Below are positions 29,733 through 41,596 of a stretch of DNA of 64,000 nucleotides, piece by piece. Position numbers and translations under genes: made by a program. The number at the start of each line of letters is the position of its first letter. Position 1 is the first letter of the stretch. Source of the DNA: Candidatus Latescibacterota bacterium (GTDB lineage: Bacteria > Latescibacterota > UBA2968); NCBI GenBank assembly GCA_965116885.1, contig OZ220741.1, forward strand, positions 4,832,001 to 4,896,000. The letters run 5' to 3'. Below the pieces are notes generated by a model that was not told the origin of the DNA, searched no databases, and saw nothing but the letters and a program-made list of their open reading frames with translations.

Positions 29733-30863
29733 TTATTTCGTTCTCCTAAAACTCCTCGCATCGTCAAATTGCGGCTCAATCACGACCTCGCCTTTCGCAT
29801 TGATATACCCATACTTATCATCAATTTTTAATACTGCCAAACCATTAGAAAGAGTGGAAATATAGAAAGGAGAATCAACCTGCGGCTCAATGACGAACTC
29901 GCCTTCGGTATTGATATACCCTTTTTTCTTTTCATTTTTTCTTACAAGTGCCAATCCATTCTTAAAAGAAAATGCCTTGTCAAATTGTGGCTCGATCACA
30001 ATCTTGCCTTCCCGATCAATATACCCCCACTTATCCCCGATCATGACCTGCGCCAACCCCTCTGAAAAAGCATTCGCCTTATGAAATTGTGGCTTGATCG
30101 CGATCTTACCTTTCCCATCAATATATCCCCACCTATCTCCAATTTCTACTGTTGCCAACCCCTCTGAAAAATATCCGAAAAAGTCAAATTTCAGCTCGAT
30201 AACGATCTCGCCTGCTGCGTTGATACATACCCACTTATATACCCACTTGCCCTTGACAAAATCCTCGATTCTTACTGTCGCCAATCCTTCAGAAAAAGAA
30301 AACGCCATATCAAACTGCGGATCAATCACAACCTTGCCTGCTACGTTGATATATCCCCACTTGCGATTGGTGCCATCCTCGATTCTTACTGCCGCCAATC
30401 CCTCTGAAAAAGAATGCGCCTTATCAAGTTGCGGCTCAATCACAATCTCGCCTGCCGCGTTGAGATATCCCCACTTGCCACTGATTAAGCCCCCAGTTCT
30501 TACTGTAGCCAACCCTTCGGAAAAAGAATGCGCCTGGCCAAATTGCGGCTCAATCACAACCTCACCTGCTGCGTTGACATACCCATACTTGCCCCTATCA
30601 GAGTCACCGATTCTCACTACCGCCAGTCCTCCGGAGAAAGACCTGGCATCGTCAAATTGCGGCTCAATCACAACCTCACCTGCTACATTGATATACCCCC
30701 ATTTGTCTCCAATTTTTACTGCCGCCAACTTTTCCTCAATTTCCACAGTATCCTGCTTTGTCTCAGTCTTCCCATCCTCGGTTTCCATTGAGAACAACTT
30801 CCCCGAATCGGAGTAGGGAAATAGCAGTGTTGAGAAAATCATAATGTATAAGATATTGTTCAT
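29733..30863 (-). CDS. WG-repeat protein, copy A (lipobox Cys absent)
   Basis: Same WG repeats; N-terminus LLFPY instead of LLFSC. Confidence 0.9.
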   Translation of the reverse strand: MNNILYIMIFSTLLFPYSDSGKLFSMETEDGKTETKQDTVEIEEKLAAVKIGDKWGYINVAGEVVIEPQFDDARSFSGGLAVVRIGDSDRGKYGYVNAAGEVVIEPQFGQAHSFSEGLATVRTGGLISGKWGYLNAAGEIVIEPQLDKAHSFSEGLAAVRIEDGTNRKWGYINVAGKVVIDPQFDMAFSFSEGLATVRIEDFVKGKWVYKWVCINAAGEIVIELKFDFFGYFSEGLATVEIGDRWGYIDGKGKIAIKPQFHKANAFSEGLAQVMIGDKWGYIDREGKIVIEPQFDKAFSFKNGLALVRKNEKKKGYINTEGEFVIEPQVDSPFYISTLSNGLAVLKIDDKYGYINAKGEVVIEPQFDDARSFRRTK

Positions 30864-30967
30864 TACAACACCTCCCTTTCTCGTGATAGAATCTCACAAC
30901 CCAATCAAATACGGTACCTTGAGCAGCACTGCGCGTCTGGTCTGATGAAAATCGTCAATCGTTCCAA

Positions 30968-33682
30968 CTATTCCAATCGAAACGTGATCGGCATAACCAT
31001 CCACACGGGCACGATTTTGCCATTGTGCTCCGCAGGCTTGAATCGATATTGCGAGATCCCATCTATCGCCGCCTGACGAAATACCTCCGACCCTATGACT
31101 CTCAAAACCCTCACATCGCTCACCGAACCATCTACATTAACCATAAACCTCAAAAACACTCGGCCTTCCAAACTATCTCTGAGTGCCTCCTCCGGATGCA
31201 CAGGCTCAACAGCGTGCAGGACCTTGGGTTTTACTTCAACCACAAAAAATTCGAGAACCTCACTACTGTCAGCATCAACAGGCACAGGCGGCGTGCTCTG
31301 TTGCTTTGGCAACCGAAACGTAATCGGCTGGGTCATCCATATAGCTACGGGTTCACCATTGTGTTCCGCGGGCTTGAACCGCACTTGCGATACCGCGTCT
31401 ATCGCCGCTTGACGAAACACCTCTGTTCCTCTCAAAACCCTCACATCGCTCACCGAACCATCCAAATTGACCATAAACTTCAAAAACACTTTGCCTTCCA
31501 AACTATCTCTGATCGCCTCTTTAGGATACACAAGCTTAACATCGTCCAGAAGTTTGGGTTTTACCTCAACCATATAAAATTCGAGAACCTTACTACTGTC
31601 AGCATCGCCAGATGCAGGCGGCGTGGTCTGTTGCTTTGGCAAGCGAAATATGATCGACTGCGTCATCCGAACGGGCACAACTTTGCCATTGAGTGTCCCC
31701 GGTTTGAACCGATATTGCGAGATCGCGTCTATAGCTGCCTGATGAAATTCCTCCGGACCTTTCAAAACCTTCATATCGCTCACCGAGCCATCTGCATTGA
31801 CCTTAAGCTCCAAACGCACAGTAACTCTTGGTGGGTACACAGATTTGACAGATTGCAAGAGTTCGGGCTTAGCTTCGACCTCGAAAAAATTGGGGATGTC
31901 AACCTCATTACCATCAGCGTCAATTGGCACAGGCGACGTGAGCTGGAGATCTGTGTCCGTGGAATCTAATGAAAACTCAATCGGCATAACCATCCACACG
32001 GGCACAACTTTGCCATTGTGCTCCGCGGGCTTGAACTGAGACTGAGATATCGCATCTATCGCCGCTTGACGAAAGATCTCTGGCCCTTCCAAAACCTTCA
32101 CATCGCTCACCGAGCCATCCACATTAACCAGCAACTTCAAAGACACTTTACCTTCTATCCTCTCCTTTCGCGCCTTTTCGGGATATACAGGTGTAGTAAG
32201 ATCTAAGGGATGAGGCTTTACTTCGACCTCTTTATGTTCGAAAATCTCACTACTATCAGCATCCACAGAGTTGGATGGCGAGGTCTGTTGCTCTGTGGAA
32301 TCTAATGCAAATTTGATTTGCTGCTTATCGCGAGTACCTGAATCCCTATCCCCTCTACCTGAAAAAGTCACACTCATGGACACTTTGCCATTGTGTTGCC
32401 CCGGCTTGAACCGCCATTGAGATACCGAATCTATAACTGTTTGGTGAAATATCTCTGGTCCCTTCAAAATGCTCACATCGCTTACGGAACCATCTAAATC
32501 AACCATAAACGTAAAAATCACTTTAAATTTCTCTCTCTCCTTAACCGCCTTCTCATTCAGAGCCATAAGCTGCTTCAAAAAAGATTTTGTTTCGACCCCC
32601 TCCAACAAAAATCTTCTACTATCAACATCAACAGACGCAGGTGGCGTGATTGGTTGCTCTGGTGTGGGTTCAGGCTTTCTCTCACCCGCGGCTAATCCCA
32701 TAACCTCATGATCACCTTCATCCTGCGTATATGCCTCTCGAATTGAAAAAGGCACAATCGCCAGACCAATGAGAATGGGAATTGCCAACTGCCATCTGGA
32801 CCGTTTCACATTGTCATCCTTGAAATTAAGGACATACTCCAATCGTTTCTTAAGCGCAGTCCCACGCTCGTTAAAATACAGCGCACTCAGTGCAGGATGT
32901 CTATCGACAAAACCGAACAACAGCCGCCCGTATTCAGCAGGCGTCAGATTCGTCTCGCGCAACACGGCCTCGTCACAGCGCAACTCGCGCAAAAAAGTCA
33001 GCCTTCGGTTCAGCAGCCAGACCAACGGATTTATGCAAAACAGCGCCATTGCAATCGCCTGAAAAATCAGCACCCAGATATCGCGATTATCCCGATGCGC
33101 CAACTCGTGCGCAACAACGCCGCGCAACTCCTCGGGCGACCAGGACGACCAATGCGACGGCAAATACAGTTTCGGTTTTACAATACCCACCAGAAGCGGA
33201 GAACGCAGACTGGCTTTGGCATAAACCTTTATATTCCGTACCTTATCCAGCGATTCCGCCTCTCTCGCCAGATCAACCGGCACTGCCAAATGGAGCGCGC
33301 GGTGAAACGCCGCATTCTTCCACAACGTCACACTTGCCCATACCAGAACCGAAACACCCCACAGACAAAACAGATAGAACGCCAGCGGGAGCGGTGCAAC
33401 TTGCACAGGTGCAACAACCCCAACCTCAGAAACCACATCGGTATAAACCGGTCCAATCGGGACATCGTCGGATACCGTCAAAAACTCGGGTAGCGGAATG
33501 GCATAAAAAGGCGGCACAAACACCTTCGCCAATGCCAGCAAATAGAGGACATACCGCAATCGCGTATCCAGCGTCATCCAGCGATCCACTGACCACACCA
33601 GCAAAATAAATAGCGACACCTCGACAAAATGCACCGCATAAAGCGGCCACCACGCCTCGGCCAAATAGATCAACGCATCCAT
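30968..33682 (-). CDS. BlaR1-like M56 peptidase fused to five TonB C-terminal domains, copy A
   Basis: HELAH, ELRCD; five DGSVSD...FKP..NG units, the first and third N-terminally shortened. Confidence 0.9.
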   Translation of the reverse strand: MDALIYLAEAWWPLYAVHFVEVSLFILLVWSVDRWMTLDTRLRYVLYLLALAKVFVPPFYAIPLPEFLTVSDDVPIGPVYTDVVSEVGVVAPVQVAPLPLAFYLFCLWGVSVLVWASVTLWKNAAFHRALHLAVPVDLAREAESLDKVRNIKVYAKASLRSPLLVGIVKPKLYLPSHWSSWSPEELRGVVAHELAHRDNRDIWVLIFQAIAMALFCINPLVWLLNRRLTFLRELRCDEAVLRETNLTPAEYGRLLFGFVDRHPALSALYFNERGTALKKRLEYVLNFKDDNVKRSRWQLAIPILIGLAIVPFSIREAYTQDEGDHEVMGLAAGERKPEPTPEQPITPPASVDVDSRRFLLEGVETKSFLKQLMALNEKAVKEREKFKVIFTFMVDLDGSVSDVSILKGPEIFHQTVIDSVSQWRFKPGQHNGKVSMSVTFSGRGDRDSGTRDKQQIKFALDSTEQQTSPSNSVDADSSEIFEHKEVEVKPHPLDLTTPVYPEKARKERIEGKVSLKLLVNVDGSVSDVKVLEGPEIFRQAAIDAISQSQFKPAEHNGKVVPVWMVMPIEFSLDSTDTDLQLTSPVPIDADGNEVDIPNFFEVEAKPELLQSVKSVYPPRVTVRLELKVNADGSVSDMKVLKGPEEFHQAAIDAISQYRFKPGTLNGKVVPVRMTQSIIFRLPKQQTTPPASGDADSSKVLEFYMVEVKPKLLDDVKLVYPKEAIRDSLEGKVFLKFMVNLDGSVSDVRVLRGTEVFRQAAIDAVSQVRFKPAEHNGEPVAIWMTQPITFRLPKQQSTPPVPVDADSSEVLEFFVVEVKPKVLHAVEPVHPEEALRDSLEGRVFLRFMVNVDGSVSDVRVLRVIGSEVFRQAAIDGISQYRFKPAEHNGKIVPVWMVMPITFRLE

Positions 33683-34068
33683 TACGCGCCTCCTTTCTCC
33701 CTCGCCTCAATCAGCGCGCGCAACTCATCCAGCTCTTTCCGAGAAAGCTCACCTGAATCCACGAGATATGCTGCCAGTGCCCCAAAAGAACCCTCGAACA
33801 TGCGAGATACCAGCGTGCGCGTCTCGACCTGCGCCACATCTTCTCGGGATAGAGCCGGCGTGTACACATTCACCGGACCGATCTTCTGCCGATTGAGCAC
33901 ACCCTTTTCAAACAGAATATTCATAATCGTCTGCACAGTCGTATAAGCCTTCTCGCCATTGGGGTACAGGTAATCGACAACATCGCGCACCGTAACCTGA
34001 CGGTCGAGATGCCATATGCCATCCATCACTTCCCACTCGGCCTCAGATAGCCGTTTCTTTGCAGCCAT
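33682..34068 (-). CDS. BlaI/MecI/CopY family repressor, copy A
   Basis: Nearly identical to 28949-29335. Confidence 0.95.
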   Translation of the reverse strand: MAAKKRLSEAEWEVMDGIWHLDRQVTVRDVVDYLYPNGEKAYTTVQTIMNILFEKGVLNRQKIGPVNVYTPALSREDVAQVETRTLVSRMFEGSFGALAAYLVDSGELSRKELDELRALIEAREKGGA

Positions 34069-34084
34069 AAGACCCTCCTTGAAA

Positions 34085-34132
34085 ATATTACTAATTTTTT
34101 AGTAATATGATGAATCAATTAGTAGAAGTCAA
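34085..34132 (-). promoter_or_regulatory. sigma70 promoter with perfect palindromic operator
   Basis: ATATTACTAA-TTTT-TTAGTAATAT (34085-34108); TTGACT-N17-CATATT on the minus strand. Confidence 0.8.
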
Positions 34133-34154
34133 GCAAAAATCTCATTTTATAAAC

Positions 34155-34193
34155 AAAAAAGAGCGGCAGGTTGCAAAAACCCACCGCTCTTTT
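34155..34193 (-). terminator. Terminator closing the sigma/TPR/mini-RNAP unit
   Basis: AAAAGAGCGG...CCGCTCTTTT inverted repeat ~20 bp after the stop; a degenerate copy lies at ~29424-29460. Confidence 0.8.
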
Positions 34194-34213
34194 GCGCTTC
34201 CAAGCTTCCTTTT

Positions 34214-37426
<3,213 letters not shown>

Positions 37427-37465
37427 TCAGAGAACTGTATCGCTCTTCTGCCTGGTGTCATTTTT

Positions 37466-38611
37466 CTATGGCCTTTTTATCGCTGCACAAAACTCGGGAT
37501 CATCGGCTATATCGCTAAATTCAGGTGCTTTACTTATACGATATTGTCCAAAGCGCGAAAAAAAGACACCTCTTTTGAGAAGCGACAGAATTTTGTCCCG
37601 GTCTCTCTCTGTCGCCCAAATCGATGCCGCGAGCCACAAGTAGGAATACTCTGACCGAATACCAAGCTCAATGGCGCGTTGGAAAAGCGGGATGGCCAAG
37701 TCGTATTGTTTGGCGCGATAAATTGGTGTAGCGGCATTGTGATACAGACCCCACAGCACTCGACATTTTTCTTTTGTCAAATTGTCCCGCACTTCAAATT
37801 GCTCTTCTAAACGAGAGGTCGTAGATTTTGCAATTTGCCTCACCTGCGATATTTCGTTCATCCTGCCATAAGCATCCATCTCAACACACCTCGCATCTCC
37901 CCACGTCTCAAATGCCTCTGACCAATCGGGATCCTCACGACTAATTTGATCCAGATTATCCACTTCCAATAGTACTTCTTGTAACTTTTGACACCAACCC
38001 AATACTATTATTGCGGAGCGCACATAATAACGCCTCATGAATCTGTTTCGCGATGTGGGCGCAATATCTTTCATAAGATTGTGATAAATTTCCAACCATG
38101 CATCGCTTTGACCGATCTTAAACCAGCATTGAGCCTGTGTGCCATCGGACATAATCTCAAATAAAAGTCCTTCATCAGCTGGAACATCCTCCCGTTTCGT
38201 TCGCCAGGGTAAAAAATCCCACAGCCAATCTGTGGAAATCAACCATTCGGGTTGAGGCAAAACCCGCATTGCCCAGTGCAAATAGGATTTTTGACTTTCT
38301 ACAGCTTTTTTATTTTTGCCCAACATTGCCAAATTATCAGTCAAATGCCACCTTGCCCAGGCTTCTTCCTGTATAGACAAGGGGCGCAGCAAGTATTTTT
38401 CCAACAGTTTAACAATCTCTGTTTTATCGCCTAACCAGTAAAGCAGTTCCTTCCCTCGATGCACCATTTCCGAATCCCAAGATGCTTGTTCAATCTGATC
38501 GTAGAGCACAGATTTGCCTTTCTCCAACATTGAGCGATCTGTCTGTCTCGCATCCTGTACATATTGATGGCGATAGGTTTCAACGATCTCTACAATGGAC
38601 GGTGCGGACAT
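37466..38611 (-). CDS. All-helical TPR-like protein
   Basis: AAGGAGGT RBS; TPR-like LYHNAATPIYRAKQYDLAIPLFQRAIEL; C-terminal PEFSDIADDPEF cap. Confidence 0.65.
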   Translation of the reverse strand: MSAPSIVEIVETYRHQYVQDARQTDRSMLEKGKSVLYDQIEQASWDSEMVHRGKELLYWLGDKTEIVKLLEKYLLRPLSIQEEAWARWHLTDNLAMLGKNKKAVESQKSYLHWAMRVLPQPEWLISTDWLWDFLPWRTKREDVPADEGLLFEIMSDGTQAQCWFKIGQSDAWLEIYHNLMKDIAPTSRNRFMRRYYVRSAIIVLGWCQKLQEVLLEVDNLDQISREDPDWSEAFETWGDARCVEMDAYGRMNEISQVRQIAKSTTSRLEEQFEVRDNLTKEKCRVLWGLYHNAATPIYRAKQYDLAIPLFQRAIELGIRSEYSYLWLAASIWATERDRDKILSLLKRGVFFSRFGQYRISKAPEFSDIADDPEFCAAIKRP

Positions 38612-38642
38612 TATACCTCCTTTGGTGAACTGCTACTGATGT

Positions 38643-39236
38643 TTACCCCCTCCCATACCTCCGCCCCCATGCCTCTGCGAGTTGCTTGCGCGCGTGGAAC
38701 AGCCGCGACTTCACCGTACCTTCTGGAATCGCCAGCCGTTCGGCAACTTCTCGAAGCGCCACCTCATCTTCGTACACCATCTGAAATATCTCGCGTTTTT
38801 CCTCTGGCAACGCATCGATCAACGCCTGCAAAATGCGCCGTTGTTCAGCGCGTTCCAACTGCACATCGGGTCCCAGCGCAGCCCGATCGATCATCCACCC
38901 TGGAACGGGTTGTTCTTCGTCCTCCTCATCGTAAAGCGAAGGCATTTCCAGAGGCTGTTCGCGACGGCGACTTTGGCTTCGCAATTGATTCAGCGACAAA
39001 TTTCTCGCAATCCGAAACAGCCATCCCCGAAAAGACCCTTGCCCCGACCATTGATCGGCCCGATTCCAAACTCTGAGAAAAACCTCCTGTGTCAAATCAT
39101 CTGCAGCGACCGGATCCCGCGTTATCCAACGCAGACTCTCGGCCACCTGTGCCTGGTAGCGCGCAAACAGAATCGCAAAAGCCTCTTGATCCCGCGCCAC
39201 AATTCGCTGCATCAAAATCGCGTCCGATGGTGTCAA
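38643..39236 (-). CDS. ECF-type sigma70 factor
   Basis: Region 2 DLTQEVFLRVW...FRGWLFRIARN; region 4 EVAERLAIPEGTVKSRLFHARKQL; TTG start 7 nt after AGGAGG. Confidence 0.95.
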   Translation of the reverse strand: MTPSDAILMQRIVARDQEAFAILFARYQAQVAESLRWITRDPVAADDLTQEVFLRVWNRADQWSGQGSFRGWLFRIARNLSLNQLRSQSRRREQPLEMPSLYDEEDEEQPVPGWMIDRAALGPDVQLERAEQRRILQALIDALPEEKREIFQMVYEDEVALREVAERLAIPEGTVKSRLFHARKQLAEAWGRRYGRG

Positions 39237-39258
39237 AAAATATCCTCCTGTGGGAATC

Positions 39259-39290
39259 GACACCGCCCAATGCCCGAAGGTTCAAAAAAA
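39259..39290 (-). promoter_or_regulatory. Candidate ECF-type (autoregulatory) promoter
   Basis: Minus strand TTTTTTT-GAAC-N18-GTC just upstream of the sigma RBS. Confidence 0.55.
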
Positions 39291-39367
39291 GTGTGATCCG
39301 CAGATGAATGCAGATGAAAAAGGTGTGAAGGACCTGATCTCCGCCAGCGGTGCGTCCACCCAGATAT

Positions 39368-39397
39368 AAAAAAGCGCAGTCCTGTGAGACTGCGCTT
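39368..39397 (-). terminator. Rho-independent terminator insulating the sigma operon from upstream genes
   Basis: AAGCGCAGTC-CTGTGA-GACTGCGCTT; the flanking A6 reads as a U-tract on the minus strand. Confidence 0.85.
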
Positions 39398-39429
39398 CAA
39401 TCTTCCTATTCAGATATGCCTCGTGCCTC

Positions 39430-40377
39430 TCACCCCTCGCCTTCAGGCTGATCTGGCAACAAAAAGACCCCCTTGAAAGGACTGAAAGACACTTCTTCTA
39501 AAAATTCGACTTCCGCCTCAAATTCGCGTCGAATCACCATGCGGTCTTCCATATCTTCAACACTGGTCTCAAGCTGTCGATCCATCAACTCAAACACCTT
39601 GGCGCGCACCTCCTCCCTCATCTTCCCTTCTTCAAAACACCTCTGGCGAAACGCCTCAATCTGCATATCCGATGGCAAAAGCGATTCCATATCTAATGCC
39701 AGTGCCAGAATGAGATTCCGCAGCAACCCGTCATACGTGCGCGCTTCAACAGCTATTTCTACCTCGGTCAGCGCAGCCCTGGGAATAGACCGCAAAAACG
39801 CAAGCCGCCTGAGCGCAACCTGATAAGCCGCGTAATCGCGCTTTGGATCGACCAACTGGGATTCATCTTCCTCGTCATCGGGGGGACGCATCCACGTCTC
39901 TGGCACCGCATTTGCCCAGCGAGATACTGCCTGGTATTCCGACTGCAAAAATTTCACTTCGGGACGCAGCAACATCGCCCGACACATCTGCGCCATTTCT
40001 TGCAATCGAAAAAATGCGATTTCATACCCGCGCTTTCGGCACGCTTCAAAATTTCCTTCCGCAATAATTTCCACAGCCCGATTTAAATCGCTTTCCGCTC
40101 GCGCCTCCAAACCGAGATCCATAGCAATCAGTGCCTGCCGCACCCCGTGTTCCAAATTCTCACGCCTGATTGCAATACCCGACCGGTAACGCTTGCCATA
40201 GTGCAAACCCTGCAAGCGCAAAAAGCCCAAAAGCGCATCCCCAATATTTGGCGGCAACTTTTCAAAGCGCGTCCCCAATTCAATGGCCTGTCCCACAAAA
40301 CTCTCGGAATCAATGCGAAACCGACTCAAATCCAGCGTAGCGAGTGGATTTTGTGTAGAACGCCCTTCACTATTCAT
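39430..40377 (-). CDS. Hypothetical helical protein (loose resemblance to DUF6178/DUF6179-type proteins)
   Basis: Long ORF with GAGGAG RBS, overlapping the upstream stop; family resemblance by eye only. Confidence 0.5.
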   Translation of the reverse strand: MNSEGRSTQNPLATLDLSRFRIDSESFVGQAIELGTRFEKLPPNIGDALLGFLRLQGLHYGKRYRSGIAIRRENLEHGVRQALIAMDLGLEARAESDLNRAVEIIAEGNFEACRKRGYEIAFFRLQEMAQMCRAMLLRPEVKFLQSEYQAVSRWANAVPETWMRPPDDEEDESQLVDPKRDYAAYQVALRRLAFLRSIPRAALTEVEIAVEARTYDGLLRNLILALALDMESLLPSDMQIEAFRQRCFEEGKMREEVRAKVFELMDRQLETSVEDMEDRMVIRREFEAEVEFLEEVSFSPFKGVFLLPDQPEGEG

Positions 40378-41305
40378 CGTTCCTCCTCTCCCACGCCCCG
40401 CGAATGACGGACCGCATCAAATCGGCATCCGCATCGAAAAGTGCATCCAGAACACCTCCGACAACGGGATCTTCTATTATCGTACTAGGCATTTCACCCA
40501 CAGCAGCGCCTTCGGAAAAGAGTTGGTGCCGGTAAACCGCCGCACCCGCAGAACCCACGACCTCATTCATCCGCATATCCTTCACATAAGGAATCAGGGC
40601 CTCTTCGAGCAACCCGGGATCCACACTGTTCAGCAATTCGGCACACTTATTCGCATCCCCCAGCATAGATAGTGCCCTGAGCCATTCAAACGATACTTTT
40701 GACCGGACCTCGGCACTGTCCATAGGCTCTAACGTGTCTTCCACGGTGCGTCGAAAAGTACCCGGCGTCATAGCGCGTATCAAATGCGCGTTAAAACCCT
40801 GTCGCTCCGGGTCATAATCAATCAGCCCCGTCAACATCTCTGTAGGCAAATGCGCCACCACATCTGTCGAATAGCCCGGATTGCCATCTTCATCCATACC
40901 CGTTATCGACAGCATATTCTCTGGATCTTCATCCAGAACAACGAGCGCGGCCTGCGCCTCAACTGTCATAGTCTGCACCAGTGCCCTGGCATCTTCTTTT
41001 TTTCCCTCGCGAAGCAGATCGCGTATCTGGCTGCTCTGCGCGGCCAATTCCATAAATCCAGTTGACCACGCACCGACGACCAATCGGTCTTCCTGAACCT
41101 CGATGGGTTTCACTTCGGGTTCTTCTACATCAACCGCGTCGCCCATCAAATGCGATTTGAGACGAATCTTCCCCCTTTCTACTTTGTCCTTACACGTCAC
41201 ACACAGGCGCGTATAGGGAACGACCTTGAGGCGTTCTTCTGAAATAACCGCCTCGCAAATGACACACCTCACCCCCGTCCCGCCATCGAGCGGCTGTTGT
41301 GCCAT
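40370..41305 (-). CDS. Protein with N-terminal DksA/TraR C4 zinc finger and uncharacterised helical domain
   Basis: CVICEAVISEERLKVVPYTRLCVTCK; start 41305 after GGAGGG. Confidence 0.75.
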   Translation of the reverse strand: MAQQPLDGGTGVRCVICEAVISEERLKVVPYTRLCVTCKDKVERGKIRLKSHLMGDAVDVEEPEVKPIEVQEDRLVVGAWSTGFMELAAQSSQIRDLLREGKKEDARALVQTMTVEAQAALVVLDEDPENMLSITGMDEDGNPGYSTDVVAHLPTEMLTGLIDYDPERQGFNAHLIRAMTPGTFRRTVEDTLEPMDSAEVRSKVSFEWLRALSMLGDANKCAELLNSVDPGLLEEALIPYVKDMRMNEVVGSAGAAVYRHQLFSEGAAVGEMPSTIIEDPVVGGVLDALFDADADLMRSVIRGAWERRNDE

Positions 41306-41375
41306 ATCGCCCTCCATTGGGGTTTTGAAAACCCTCCGCACACATTGCGGAGACGACAGAATTATAGCGGAGATA

Positions 41376-41404
41376 AATGTAATCGAATAAACTCGGAATG
41401 TCAA
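41376..41404 (-). promoter_or_regulatory. sigma70 promoter for the zinc-finger gene pair
   Basis: TTGACA-N17-TACATT on the minus strand. Confidence 0.65.
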
Positions 41405-41438
41405 CCTTTAACTTACTGTTTATCAAAGATTTACAAAT

Positions 41439-41467
41439 TTGACAAACAAAGAGAAATTTGTTATATT
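41439..41467 (+). promoter_or_regulatory. Near-consensus sigma70 promoter with extended -10, no downstream + strand CDS
   Basis: TTGACA-N17-TATATT with TGn; overlapped by ACAAATTT-N13-AAATTTGT. Confidence 0.7.
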
Positions 41468-41472
41468 TATAC

Positions 41473-41514
41473 CGTCGCCGAAGAGATTGCATCTGATCCC
41501 TTCGGCGTTTTTTT
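41473..41514 (+). ncRNA. Candidate ~40-nt small RNA (hairpin plus U-tract)
   Basis: CGCCGAAG-AGATTGCATCTGATCC-CTTCGGCG-TTTTTTT begins a few nt after the -10 box. Confidence 0.45.
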
Positions 41515-41596
41515 AGTGAACCACAACAAACAAAGGCCCGATTCAACAATCCCGATCGAGCCTTTTTATTTTTTCACGGACACAGCATCCCGTTTC

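Noticed and set aside
20600..32560. Periodic DNA repeats as a possible CRISPR array or DGR template/variable repeat pair
   Set aside because: All lie in frame within LRR, HEAT, WG or TonB coding repeats; no unique spacers, cas genes or reverse transcriptase, and no adenine-specific mismatch pattern was evident by eye.
39296..39319. Short GCAGATGAA tandem repeat upstream of the sigma promoter
   Set aside because: Only two units; may be a remnant of a dispersed repeat, and no function can be supported.
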